A model generated the notes under the pieces. It did not search any database and was not told the origin of the DNA. It saw nothing but the letters and a program-made list of their open reading frames with translations. Both the position numbers and the translations under genes were made by a program. A stretch of DNA of 63,579 nt, filler included, from Pirum gemmata (taxonomy: Eukaryota), in NCBI GenBank assembly GCA_002812295.1. It is 18 parts of 18 records of this genome, joined end to end, with 100 filler letters (N's around TTAATTAATTAA, not from the genome) between each part and the next. Parts side by side here need not be neighbours in the genome. Positions count along the whole stretch, not along the records: positions 48,932 to 51,893 come from PDIN01004056.1; positions 51,994 to 56,563 come from PDIN01004057.1; positions 56,664 to 59,593 come from PDIN01004058.1; positions 59,694 to 63,579 come from PDIN01004059.1; 14 more parts are not named here. One strand, given 5' to 3'. This document shows positions 49,053-61,518 of this stretch, in pieces. Position 1 is the stretch's first letter; every line of letters begins with the position of its first letter.

Positions 49053-51086
49053 ATGAGTGTAGACATATCTAAACCATTTAGTGACAACTTTTTGAAAAGT
49101 GAAGACTTTGAATCTATCAAAGTGAAAACAGAGGAAATTCATTCTGATTTTTTTCGTGATATGGATAGTTTAATTGGGTTTGTTGATCATGATATAAATG
49201 GTAGTATGGTTGAAATGAATAACTATGACGATGAACCTAATATGAACTCGGGTATAAATATGGCTTTAGGGTATCATAGTTTTGATACAGGGGCTGGTTT
49301 CAGTTTCGATTTTGAAAACGAACTTACCCCACCTAGTACCCCAACCACTGATGTATTTGCCGATTTCACCAAAGATAGTATCGTTAACAAAAATAATAAA
49401 GATGATAGTAATAACAAAGATGTTGAAAATAACGAAAGCAATGTTGATCTTATTATGGAAAACTTTAATAATGATTTTAGCTCTATGTTAGATGCTGATG
49501 ATGCTGATGACGACAAAACAACTGCAGAACTTATGTTTCAAAGCTTAAGTTTTAATTGTATTGACAGAACCTTTAGTAATGTCAGTACTACTAGTTGTAG
49601 TAGTAATGATGATTTTCTGAGCTGTTCAGATGAAGAATATATTTCAAATTCATTTGATTTGGTCCGTGGTCTTCCTCGTTTAGATAATTTGAATTTTTCT
49701 AGTGGCAACGTTTTCGATTCTGATGCATTTGGTATCGGTCTTTTAACCGCCCCTTCTTCTCCACTAAGTAGTAGCAACTCTGAAGCAGATGAATCATCTT
49801 CATTGACCTTATCTCCTGGGTTAGTTGACTATACTCAATCTTTTCAAAATACAGAAAAGAATGCAAGACTTGGTAGTGACAAGAAAAAATTCAAATCTAA
49901 AAAATCTAAAACTATGAAAAACACTTGTAATAACGACAACAACAGCAGTATTGGCTGTTACCCAACCCCAATGTCTTCCCCTGGGCCAGAACAAGACATG
50001 GATGTTGATGTCGAAAATGATGATAATATTGATGTAGTTGGTTTAGATGATAATAGTGGATTATTAACTGGACAAACTCCTTTGACTAATCTCTCGAAAA
50101 ACGCAAAATTACCAACAAAAACGAATGCAACAAAAATTGGAAAAGTTAAAAAACCGCCTCGTAAATACACCAAAAAAGCCGAACGTCTTAAAATTGCTGC
50201 TACTGCTGCTGCCCAAGCTTTAAAAGGCGATATTTCAAAAATGAATAATACTAACAATAATACAAGCCAGACAATAACGACGCCTATGGCCAAACCAACA
50301 AAAGTAAACACTACTGCCACAACTCTTCTTTCAGATAAAACTATTAATAACACTTTACAAAACAAAATTAACAACAATAACATCGTCAGGAATACAACTA
50401 ATATTAACAATAAGATCAACAATAACAATAAGATTAACAATAACAATAACAATAAGATCAACAATAACAATAAGATCAATAATAACAATATTATTAGCAA
50501 CAATAATATAAATAATAATAACAAATTTAACAAAAGCAACACCACCACCACCAACACCACCAACACCAACACCAACATCAACAACATCAACAAAAACGTT
50601 ATGAATAACAATAGTATTACTGATAAAAACAATTTCGACGACCTTGATGATGAGTCAAATAAGCGTGCACGTTCCAGAATGCGTCGTAACCAGCCTTACA
50701 ACAAAGAAGAACTAGAAGCCAAACGTAGAACACACAATGTCTTAGAAAAGCGTAGAAGAGAAGATATGAGATGCGTTTTGGATGAATTAAAATCAAGTTT
50801 ATTACAAGGTATACAAGCTGCTGCTGCTGCTGCTGCCAGTAATGGGGCAAAGCCTCGTCAAAATAATGCTTTTATACATTACGCACTTTCTGGAGGTTCG
50901 CGTTCCCTCAAATCAAATAGTTCACAAGCTCAAGTTTTGCAATGTGCCACAGAGTATGTACAAAAATTGAATGCTGCACATAAACAACTGGAAACAATGA
51001 AGGCCAACGCTTTGGCCGAGCAACTTAAGTTAAAAGCTCGTTTAGAAATATTACAGCAAGCAGCGAAACTAAAACAACAAAATTAA
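49053..51086 (+). CDS. myc: Myc-like bHLH-ZIP transcription factor, 677 aa
   Basis: C-terminal KRRTHNVLEKRRREDMR...SQAQVLQCATEYVQKL plus a zipper ending LKARLEILQQ. The acidic DDNIDVV resembles Myc box IIIb (EEIDVV), and YPTPMSSP / LTPPSTP resemble the Myc box I phosphodegron. Orthology versus Mxd/Mnt is untested. Confidence 0.75.
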   Translation: MSVDISKPFSDNFLKSEDFESIKVKTEEIHSDFFRDMDSLIGFVDHDINGSMVEMNNYDDEPNMNSGINMALGYHSFDTGAGFSFDFENELTPPSTPTTDVFADFTKDSIVNKNNKDDSNNKDVENNESNVDLIMENFNNDFSSMLDADDADDDKTTAELMFQSLSFNCIDRTFSNVSTTSCSSNDDFLSCSDEEYISNSFDLVRGLPRLDNLNFSSGNVFDSDAFGIGLLTAPSSPLSSSNSEADESSSLTLSPGLVDYTQSFQNTEKNARLGSDKKKFKSKKSKTMKNTCNNDNNSSIGCYPTPMSSPGPEQDMDVDVENDDNIDVVGLDDNSGLLTGQTPLTNLSKNAKLPTKTNATKIGKVKKPPRKYTKKAERLKIAATAAAQALKGDISKMNNTNNNTSQTITTPMAKPTKVNTTATTLLSDKTINNTLQNKINNNNIVRNTTNINNKINNNNKINNNNNNKINNNNKINNNNIISNNNINNNNKFNKSNTTTTNTTNTNTNINNINKNVMNNNSITDKNNFDDLDDESNKRARSRMRRNQPYNKEELEAKRRTHNVLEKRRREDMRCVLDELKSSLLQGIQAAAAAAASNGAKPRQNNAFIHYALSGGSRSLKSNSSQAQVLQCATEYVQKLNAAHKQLETMKANALAEQLKLKARLEILQQAAKLKQQN

Positions 51087-51354
51087 ACACAATGTCATCC
51101 TTTTTTAATTAAATAAATATAATAAAATATCTTTCTATATTAATTTTGTAGTTGTATATATTATATATGTAATAACAACAGCATGCACAATTTCAACATG
51201 TTTGTGTTGTAGTTGTATTAAAACAACAATAACAAAAACAAAGATCACCGCCACCACAACAACAGCAATAACATTTTAATAAAAACAATAGAGATACAAT
51301 AGCAACAACAACGATAACCATAACTACAACAACCCTAACAACAACAACAATAGC

Positions 51355-51443
<89 letters not shown>

Positions 51444-51566
51444 NNNNNNNNNNNNNNNNNNNNNNNNNNNNNNNNNNNNNNNNNNNNNNNNNNNNNNNNN
51501 NNNNNNNNNNNNNNNNNNNNNNNNNNNNNNNNNNNNNNNNNNNNNNNNNNNNNNNNNNNNNNNNNN

Positions 51567-51676
<110 letters not shown>

Positions 51677-52672
51677 AATATCTTTCTATATTATGTATTT
51701 GTAGTTGTATATAATTATTATACATGTAATAACAACAGCATGCACAATTTCAACATGTTTGTGTTGTAGTTGTATTAAAACAACAACAATAACAAAAACA
51801 AATATCACCGCCACCACAACAACAGCAATAACATTTTAATAAAAACAATAGAGATACAATAGCAACAATAACGATAACCATAACTACAACAACNNNNNNN
51901 NNNNNNNNNNNNNNNNNNNNNNNNNNNNNNNNNNNNNTTAATTAATTAANNNNNNNNNNNNNNNNNNNNNNNNNNNNNNNNNNNNNNNNNNNNCCCTAAC
52001 CCTAACCCTAACCCTAACCCTAATAACTTTAAGGCTAACCTTAACCCTAATTCTAACCTTAACCCCAACCTTAACCCTAACCCTAACCATAATTATAAGT
52101 TATAACCCTAACCCTAACCCTAGCTAGACTAGTAACTATTCGATACGCTAGCCAACAGTTGATAACCAACCCTCTACCTTATTATAGTCTTATATGCTTA
52201 AATTATATATTGTATTATATAAAGTATTATAACTGTTTTATAAATCAATGCAATTGCAACCTTGCTTTTAACCCTTAAGCTTGCTTATCGGTCCTAGCTT
52301 ATCGGACCTTATCGGCACTACCTAACTCCCACGTGCACTGGCTAGACCTAACTTATTACTCTGCCCTGTTTATTGGCCAACTCAATCCTCCCCTCAAGGC
52401 CCAACCTCGAGCTCTCACCCTCATGGACTAACTTAAAACCCTAACCCTAACCCTAACCCTAACCCTAACCCTAACCCNTGGGTTGTTGGGTTGTTGGGTT
52501 GTTGGGTTGTTGGGTTGTTGGGTTGTTGGGTTGTTGGGTTGTTGGGTTGTTGGGTTGTTGGGTTATTGGGTTGCTGTATTTTGAAGTTGTTGGGTTGGTA
52601 AGTTGTTGGGTTATTGGGTTAGTAGATAGTTAACTAATTCTATTACATTAATATAAATTTGTAAATAACAAG

Positions 52673-52961
52673 GAATTAATAGTAACAGTATGAGCAGTCC
52701 TAAATTGAAGTCTTTTATACCTAGCCCTCTTACTACTAAAAGTGGAAGCAATGCAAATTTCAATTATACAAGCCGATGTTCTTTAACTAATAATAATAAT
52801 AATAACAGTGATGCATTAAATATCGAAAATAACAAGAAACAGTTTCGAGTTAAAAGTAATAGTTTTACTTTTTCTCCTTTTACTAAACGTAGTAGTGGTA
52901 GTGGTAGTGGTAGTTCAAAATTATTTAAAATACCCACCCAACCTCATAACGACCGGGAAAA
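52673..52961 (+). CDS. Probable exon of an unidentified Ser/Asn-rich protein
   Basis: Open frame MSSPKLKSFIPSPLTTKSG...PHNDRE, with a candidate acceptor aacaag and donor gttagt. Confidence 0.45.
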
Positions 52962-55098
52962 GTTAGTTTGTTAGGGGGGGGTGGGGGGGGGTTGGCCCTT
53001 TTCAATTTTAATTTTGGTTTACTATTAAGTGCTGGGTATCATAGTTGCTATTTATAGTAATTTTTTTTAAAAGAGGACTGAGAGGGGCAATTTACTGTCG
53101 TCAATCTCCAGTTTTTTAAAAACAACCAAGCCGGGAGATGCGGGAATAACCATCGAATCAAGACTAGTTCGAAAGTTTCGAAATGTTTCAATCTAATTTT
53201 AAGTATTGGTTCACTTTTGATTTCATTAAAAAATTCTTAGAAATTATTAGAAAAAACTTAAAACTCGAAAAAAAAAGAATATCATTTCAAAATTGTCACT
53301 ATTAAATAATTAGGCTCAAGCGGTTTGATTCGATTATGTTTTCCCGTATCTCCCCGGATAAAAAATGCGACATCCGCCATATTAGCTCAAAAATCCAAAA
53401 AAAAATTCAAAATGCTCCAATTTTAATGAAAGTACTACCAAATTTTGAAAAATCGTCTAAGTGAGAAAACTCTATTATGACCAGTGAGCAATTTTTAAAA
53501 ATAATCTAGCTAGTTAGATTTTTAGAAAAGAAGTCTAAAAAAAAAGATTTCTACAGTTTTTTCCAAAAAAATGCTCGAGAAGAAAATAATAGTAAAATTC
53601 AATTCTAGGGGGGGGGGGGAGGTCCCTTTCAATTTTGTTTTACTATGAAGTGCTGCNNNNNNNNNNNNNNNNNNNNNNNNNAATAATATAAATAATATAA
53701 ATAAATAAAAGGGTGTAAAACAGGTAATAAAAGTAATAATGTTAATAAATAATGGTAATAATGGTAATAATGGTAATGACGGTTGGTAATAGTAATAATA
53801 TAAACTAAAATTAAATAAAATAAAATAAAAATAAGCAAAAATAAAATAAAATAAAATAAAATAACGTAACATAAAAATAAAATAAAATAAAAAATAAAAT
53901 AAAAAATAAAAAGTAAAAAGTAAAAAGTAATAAGTAAAAAGTAAAATAAGATATAAAATAAAATATAATATAAAATAAAATAAAATAATAAAATAAAATA
54001 AAATAAAATAAAACATATAAAAAATTAAATTTTAAAAAATTATATGATAATAAATAAAATAATGGATAATATTATAGCTATTATCAAGGTCCTTGCTATT
54101 ATAAATAATAATAAAACAAAAAGATATGATAATAAAAAAAATGAAAAGGCGAAAATAAGAGTAAATAAGCTAAAGAAAATGGGAGTAGACAGGTTTGGAC
54201 TCTGGAGACAGTAGTAGACTATAGTCTTTAGCTAGCTAGTCTAGCTAGTAGCTACTAGACTGCTACTAGCTAGCTACTAGTGAGCCAAAAATGTTCTAAA
54301 AAATGTTTTCTTATTTTATCTGTAAACAAATAAAAAACTCCTGCGGCAATTTGCGAATGTTTTTTTAAAAATAGAATCAAAAACGGTCACTAACTGCATG
54401 AGAGAGAGTTTTGGTCTACTCTTAGCTAGCTAGTCTATATAACTATCATATCATTATCTGATCTTACGTTTGCGGTAACTTGCGAACATTTTTTCCTCAA
54501 ATGAGCTGAACTGATATGATATAAGCTATGATATAGCTATGATAGTGCTATGATAGACTCGAGATGTCTAAGTAGTAGGGGTGAGATATCTACTGGAACT
54601 TTTTTCGAACAGATGCTTATCGAGCTAACCTTAGTTCCGTATTTCTTACTAATAATAACAGTTAAATCACTTAAAATAGTACATTTAATTATAGTTGATA
54701 CCAATTAAAGTAATAATATTAACATTAATAGTAATAAAAACCATAAAATCGGAAAAGTTCCGGCAGCTGTTCGGTAATAATAAAATGACGTCATCTTATC
54801 CCTACTGTCTAAGTCTAGTAGACTAGTCTAGCTAGGTAGCTAGAGCTATCATAGCTGTGTATCGATAGCTATCGTACAAGCTACTAGCTAGCTAGACTAG
54901 TAGTAGCTATGATAGCTGTGTAGCTATCGTACAAGCTACTACTAGCTATCAGTAGTTATCATGATAATAATGATAACAATGACAAGAATAATAGCAATAA
55001 TAATAATAATGACAATAATGATATTATAATAGCAATGAAACTGAGCAATGAAATAGCAATACTATAGCAATAATAGCAATATATAGTTAGTAGACCTG

Positions 55099-56088
55099 TC
55101 TATTCGTCAGCACGTCATTTTAAAATGACAGCGTCATTTTAAAATGACGTTTTATCTCAAATCCAACGTGGTCGTATTAACACTTTTAATTACGCAATTG
55201 AGACGAAAAGNNNNNNNNNNNNNNNNNNNNNTCAATATTATGCAGTGAGCTGATCGTGTCATTCATTCTCATTTCCCGAAAAGTTTGTCAAAGTAAAACT
55301 TCTTTTTGTCATTTCGAAATGACAGCGCTTGCTGACGAATAGAGAAGTTCTTAGTCTGGTGTACTGAGCTGGTGCAAGGCTCTCGGAACTCTCTCAGCTA
55401 GCTAGCTAGTAGGTTATTAGCATGTGTGATGTTAATTACGCTTTTTTACTTTCAAAAAAAAATTAAGTAAGCGTTTTTTTGACACTTTTATTATTATATC
55501 GATGATATATGTAATAATATAATATAATAATATATAATTTATATAAGCTAGATTATAATATTATTATTTATATTACCGGTAAACGTTTTGGGAACCGAGC
55601 TAGCTTATTACTTTCTGATTTTGTTTTTAGATCAAACACAACTCACCTAGCATATAGTCTGGCTCGAGACTCGAACAAAAAAATACAAAAAAAACAAATA
55701 ATTTGATAACTCACAAAAAAACTTTTCGGGCTTTTAATTTTTTGGTGTTTTTTTTTAGACTACTTTTTTGCGAAAAAAAGTCAGTAGTCTATAATAATAT
55801 CATGAGCATAATAATATGATATCATGTCATTCGCTACTTGTCTATTCGTCAGGGCGTCATTTTAAAATGACAGCGTCATTTTAAAATGATGTTTTATCTC
55901 AAATCCAACGTGGTTGTATTAACACTTTTAATTACGCAAATGAGACGAAAAGTATATCAAATGAAAGGAAATTACGTCAATATTATGCAGTGAGCTGATC
56001 GTATCATTCATTCTCATTTCCCGAAAAGTTTGTCAAAGTAAAACTATTTTTTGTCATTTTGAAATGACAGCGCTATCTGACGAATAGA
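55099..56088. mobile_element. Two near-identical direct copies of MITE family G (55099-55343 and 55841-56088, ~247 bp)
   Basis: TIRs TCTATTCGTCAG / CTGACGAATAGA with subterminal palindromes gtcattttaaaatgac. Confidence 0.85.
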
Positions 56089-57983
56089 GACTAGCTAGAA
56101 GAGGTAGTATTAGGTAGTCTTATACTCTTAGCTGTAGTCTTAATACACTCTAATTACATTGTATGATAAGGTATTGATAAGACTGATCTGCTTATGATAC
56201 TTACTGAAAATAATAACCAGTTTGCTATGATATTATGATAATTATAGCTAGTAGTTATAGTATTATACGTACCAAACTCCGGGCCATTTTTTTTTTAAAA
56301 ATAAAAGATTCAAACCATAGCTATTTACGCTGAAATAAGCGTTGCGGCACCTTGCAGCACCACTAGCTAGCTAGCTACTAGCTAGAGATTACGACTCTAG
56401 CTAGTAGCTACTATAATATTATCATAGCTATCGTATCGAGATATTTGCTATCGTGCAGCTCTCGTGCTGAGAGCTACGCGAGAGCTATCGTGCTTTTCAG
56501 TTGTTTTGTCATCATAAATATTTAATTTGGTATATTTTATTATATATTTATTTATTTAAAAGTNNNNNNNNNNNNNNNNNNNNNNNNNNNNNNNNNNNNN
56601 NNNNNNNTTAATTAATTAANNNNNNNNNNNNNNNNNNNNNNNNNNNNNNNNNNNNNNNNNNNNACTACTACTACTACTACTACTACTACTGCTACCAACC
56701 ACCAACCACCAATCACCAACCACCAACCACCAACCACCAATCACCAACCACCAATCACCAACCACCAGCCAACCACCCACCCACCCAGCCAACCAACCAC
56801 CCACCAACCACAACAATCAACAATCAACAGTCTAAATAGTTTTTTTTTGATTGGTATAATATTTTTAATTTATTCAAATTATAAACTAAATACTTGTATA
56901 AGAAAATAAAAATAAAAATTGATGAAAAGGCTTTACTTCTAAGTAAAGGGAACATTCATAAATGACGTCATCTTTTTAGGTGGGAAGGGAGGATACGGGA
57001 AATACCATCGAATCGAGATTAGTTCGAAACTTTCGAAATTTTTCGATCTTATTTTAAGTATTAACTCACTTTTGGTTTAGTTAAAAAATTCTTAAATTCT
57101 TAGAAATTTCATAGAAAAAGCTTGAACTCAAAAAAAAAAAAGAATATCATTTCAAAATAGTCATATTTAATAATTAGGATCGAGCTGTTTGATTCAATTA
57201 TGTTCCCATATTGGGTTACTAATTAAAAATGGGTTTGGGTTAGGGTTAGGGTTAGGGTTAGGGTTAAGGTTAGGGTTAGGGTTAGGGTTAGGGTTAGGGT
57301 TAGGGTTAGGGTTAGGGTTAGGGTTAGGTTAGGATTATTNTTAGGGTTAGGGTTAGGGTTAGGTTAGGATTATTATTATTATTATTAGTGTTTTTTATTT
57401 AATCACATGTGTTTGAACTTTATATATATATATTTATAATGATAATGATACTAATTGAATTACCATTACCATTACCATTACCATTACCATTACCATTACC
57501 ATTACCATTACCATTACCATTACCATTACCATTACCATTACCATTACCATTTCTATTTAACTATTTTGCATAGTAATAGTTAAAGGCCTAGTAGAAAGTA
57601 TATTTTGTATACATATTACTGCTTCACTATAATTTTGTGTTCAAATATAATCCAATAACTTAATTTTAGTGTTATTCTCATTCAAACAATATTACCATTA
57701 CTGTTACTATTGCTATTACTACTACTTTAACTATAACTATAACTATTATCATTATCATTATCATTACTATTACTATCACTATCACTATCACTATTACTAT
57801 TGCTATTACCAATACCACCACTATTACTATTACTATTACTATTACTATTATTATTATTACCATTACCATTACCATTACCATTACCATTACCATTATCATT
57901 ACTATTACTAATACTAATACTAATACTAATACTAATACTAATACTATTACTATTACTAGTACTATTACTATTACAACTACCAT

Positions 57984-58215
57984 TTAACGATTTTGCAGAG
58001 TAGTAATAGTTAGAGGGGCAGTAGAAGGAATATTTTGTATACATATTACTGCTTCACTATAATTTTGGGTCCGAATATAATCCACTATCTTCATTTTAGT
58101 GTTACTATTATTGAATTTTATACTTTCTAAACATTGATTAATTAGCTCCATAAGGTCAAGCAAATCAACCACATCATTATCATTATCATTAGATATACTA
58201 TTATAACTACTATTA
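57984..58215 (-). CDS. Probable terminal exon of an unidentified protein
   Basis: Acceptor aacaacag followed by ...DVVDLLDLMELINQCLESIKFNNSNTKMKIVDYIRTQNYSEAVICIQNIPSTAPLTITTLQNR*. A decayed copy of its 3' half lies at 57555-57676. Confidence 0.5.
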
Positions 58216-58408
58216 CTGTTGTTCATAGTATTGTTAATGTTCGTTATGTTATTATTACGAATATTATCATCATTCTTATTATTAATATTTTTAGTATTAG
58301 TATTTGTATTAATATTAGTATTGATATTGGTAGTACTATTATTATTAGTATTAGTGTAACTATCATTATTACTATTACTATTAGTATTGTTATTATTGAT
58401 AACACTAC

Positions 58409-58469
<61 letters not shown>

Positions 58470-58678
58470 TTCATCATTACTATTATTACTACTTCTATTA
58501 TTACTATTACTATTACTACTATTACTACTACTATTATTATTACTACTACTACTATTACTACTACTACTACTACTATTACTAATACTACTACTACTACTAC
58601 TATTATTACTACTACTATTATTATTACTACTACTATTACTAATACCAATACTACTAATACTATTATTATTATTACCAC

Positions 58679-58732
<54 letters not shown>

Positions 58733-58909
58733 CATTGTCATTACCATTACCATTATCATTATCATTATCATTATCATAATCTTTATCATTATCATTATCA
58801 TATTATCATTATCATTATCATTATTAACATTATCATTATTATCATTTTCATTATCATTATCATTATCATTATTATCATTATTATCATTATTACCATTATA
58901 ATTATTATA

Positions 58910-58941
<32 letters not shown>

Positions 58942-59031
58942 AATTATCATTATTATTATCATTATCATTATCATTATTATCTTGGAAATAAACAAAAAAA
59001 AAAACCAAACATTTCGTTAAATTTATACCAC

Positions 59032-59525
59032 GTGGTGCGTCAGGGCTACTTATCTTTCAAACCTGTACACTTCGCTCATACCACTAGCATTTGTGGAAGA
59101 GTTAATACTAATAAAAGGATAAGAAAATCCATGTTCGGTACACCACCACGAGTTTTGAATAAAAGAGGCATGACAACGGTAACAATGGCACAAACCCACG
59201 ACTCTACCATTAACCACCCAAACACAATTCTTGATGAGAGTGAAATCACGAGTAATTGCTGTTCTATTGAAAAATGCACCGTTTCTAATTTCGTGCCTTT
59301 GCCCTCATACCATTTGTTGGGGGATGAAGAAAAAAAAGTTGTACTAGAAAAAGCTGCCGATATATTAAGATATGATAAAATTATAGCAATCCCAACCGAT
59401 ACTATTTATGGTATTGCTGCACGAGCTCAGTCGATTGAAGCTGTTAATAAATTATACGACATAAAAGGAAGATCTTTTGACAAACCTGTGTCGATATGTG
59501 TACGCGATTTATCTCAACTTAAAGA
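59032..59525 (+). CDS. YRDC: YrdC/Sua5 (threonylcarbamoyl-AMP synthase) first exon, 3' truncated; start codon uncertain
   Basis: IIAIPTDTIYGIAARAQSIEAVNKLYDIKGRSFDKPVSICV is the YrdC/Sua5 signature, and a donor gtaatt lies at 59526. In-frame ATGs are at 59131, 59170 and 59185. Confidence 0.9.
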
Positions 59526-60118
59526 GTAATTTATTTATTTATTTATATATCATCGTTATCATCGTTATCATTGTTATCTATATCTATATATATNNNNNNN
59601 NNNNNNNNNNNNNNNNNNNNNNNNNNNNNNNNNNNNNTTAATTAATTAANNNNNNNNNNNNNNNNNNNNNNNNNNNNNNNNNNNNNNNNNNNNAGAAGCT
59701 TCTAAAAATAGTAGCTACTATTTATAACTATATAAATACTATTTATGGTAACTGCGAAGTGGCGAATAGCCTTCCACTTCACCCCTCGCCCTTAAATGTT
59801 CGCAAAAGGGGTGCTCACCCCTCCTATTATTATATCGATAATAAAATTTAATAGTATTTTTTTAAATTATTAAAAAAAATATATATTGATACAGTCTGTA
59901 TTTATATTATTGATCTAATTTTCTTCTTATTTTTTTCTTTAGTTTCTTCAAATCTTCATTGTTTCTCGTTTCTTCTGGGGAGTTTGGTTTCTTTTGGTTA
60001 TTTTTTAGAAAACCCTGATGTCAAGTACAATATCATTTTCAAACTTTGAAGAAAAGCAAGATCAATAAAAACCCCAATAATAACTAATAACAATAATCTA
60101 CATAGTAAAAATATTATT

Positions 60119-60305
60119 GTGCTTTTCATTTATTTTGCCACTCTTGAATATTTATTTGGTTGGTTATAATATTTAAATTGACGTTTTTAAATGAATAAAT
60201 AGATAATAAAGTATAGCAAATTAAATGAAATGGATTTATATTGTATTTATTTGGTACTCTTTATTGTATATATTTAAGATGACAAAACAACTAACTGAAA
60301 AGCAA
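60119..60305. mobile_element. MITE family A (~185 bp), the most abundant in the window
   Basis: Imperfect 22-bp TIRs GTGCTTTTCATTTATTTTGTCA / TGACAAAACAACTGAAAAGCAC. Copies or fragments lie at 1-130, 698-866, 16352-16508, 22418-22527, ~29490-29583, 35209-35395, 38172-38206, 41259-41421, 41473-41620, 41828-42012 and 56490-56563. Confidence 0.85.
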
Positions 60306-60484
60306 GATAATTCAATGTATTATTTTAATAATTATTATAATTGATATTATAGCCATAATATAATTATTACATTTCTAATAATAGTCAATATATAATATAA
60401 TATATAAGAATAAAATAAATAAAATATCCTTAATTATATAACAAGTAAAATAGAATAAAATAAATATTTATAATAATGAATGTA

Positions 60485-61518
60485 TTATTGACGAGACTCT
60501 AGGGGTTAGCTATAGGAAAGCATAAAACTTTTTAATAGTTAACCTAACCCTAACCCTAACCCTAACCCTAACCCTAACCCTAACCCTAACCCTAACCCTA
60601 ACCCTAACCCTANNNNNNNNNNNTAATAACCCAAAACAATAATATGATATATATAATATAATATAATATAATATAATATAATATAATATAAGCAGCAACT
60701 AAACAACAAAAAACTATACCAGGCTTCTCTTTCTTCGTAAATTTACCACCAACACCACGAACTCTATTCAGAGCGTGTTTATGTCGACTTTCATGTAAAA
60801 ATTTAGCTCTTTCTTTAGGGATGTTATACTTTTGCTCCAATTTGGCACGAGCTTCTCTTCGTTTTAAGATTCTGTGATATTGTTTTGCATTTACATACAT
60901 AGGCTCTTCTTCAGCTCCTCCAGGAGCAGCGGTTGTTTCGTTGGCTAGTGGCATTCTATATTGCTGTTGTTGTTCTTGTGGTTGAGGTTGAGGTGGGGCT
61001 TGTTGGTATTGCGGTTGTTGTTGGTACGCCATCTAAAAAAGTGGTTAGTGTTAAGATATGATAAAAACAAAGTCGTTAATTAGGTATTAAGAAGAAAGGG
61101 GTGGCGTAAAAGGAATAAAGCTCTGATGGGAAAGAAAAAGTTAGAAAGATGGAGCTGAAGTCGATTTCTGCTACTGTGGTTAAGGGTATCTCATCCAAAC
61201 TACAGTTGGCATTAGGAGTTAACAAAAGAAAGACCATTACTTAGGGATTAAGAACAAACCGGTGGAGTAAAGGGGATAAGGTTCTTGAGATACAAGCAAT
61301 TTTAGGAAAGAAAGAAAAAGTTAATGAATTCAAAAATGGTTTGAAACAAGAAAACAATATAAGAGAATATACAGTGTAATTATAATAGCATAAAAACTAA
61401 AAAATGAAGGTAAAACGAATTTAAAACTAACCTGTTGTTGCTGCTGTTGTAAAAACTGCTGTTGGTATGGGTCTTGATACCCACCCATGTACTGCTGACT
61501 TGGATCGTAATACTGCAT
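60485..61518 (-). CDS. NFYA: CCAAT-binding factor subunit NF-YA (HAP2/CBF-B); exons 61432-61518, 60720-61032 and tentative 60485-60498
   Basis: EEPMYVNAKQYHRILKRREARAKLE...FLHESRHKHALNRVRGVGGKF is the conserved NF-YA domain. Gln-rich exon 1 joins in phase 0 (gttagt...ttttag). The last mini-exon (ESRQ*) follows gctaacccctag and is tentative. Confidence 0.92.

Noticed and set aside
58244..59008. Long poly-Ile/Val/Asn ORFs here and similar ones at 24027-24450, 30504-31083 and 51324-51725
   Set aside because: They are translations of (ATT)n, (ACT)n and (AAC)n microsatellites with no coding signal.
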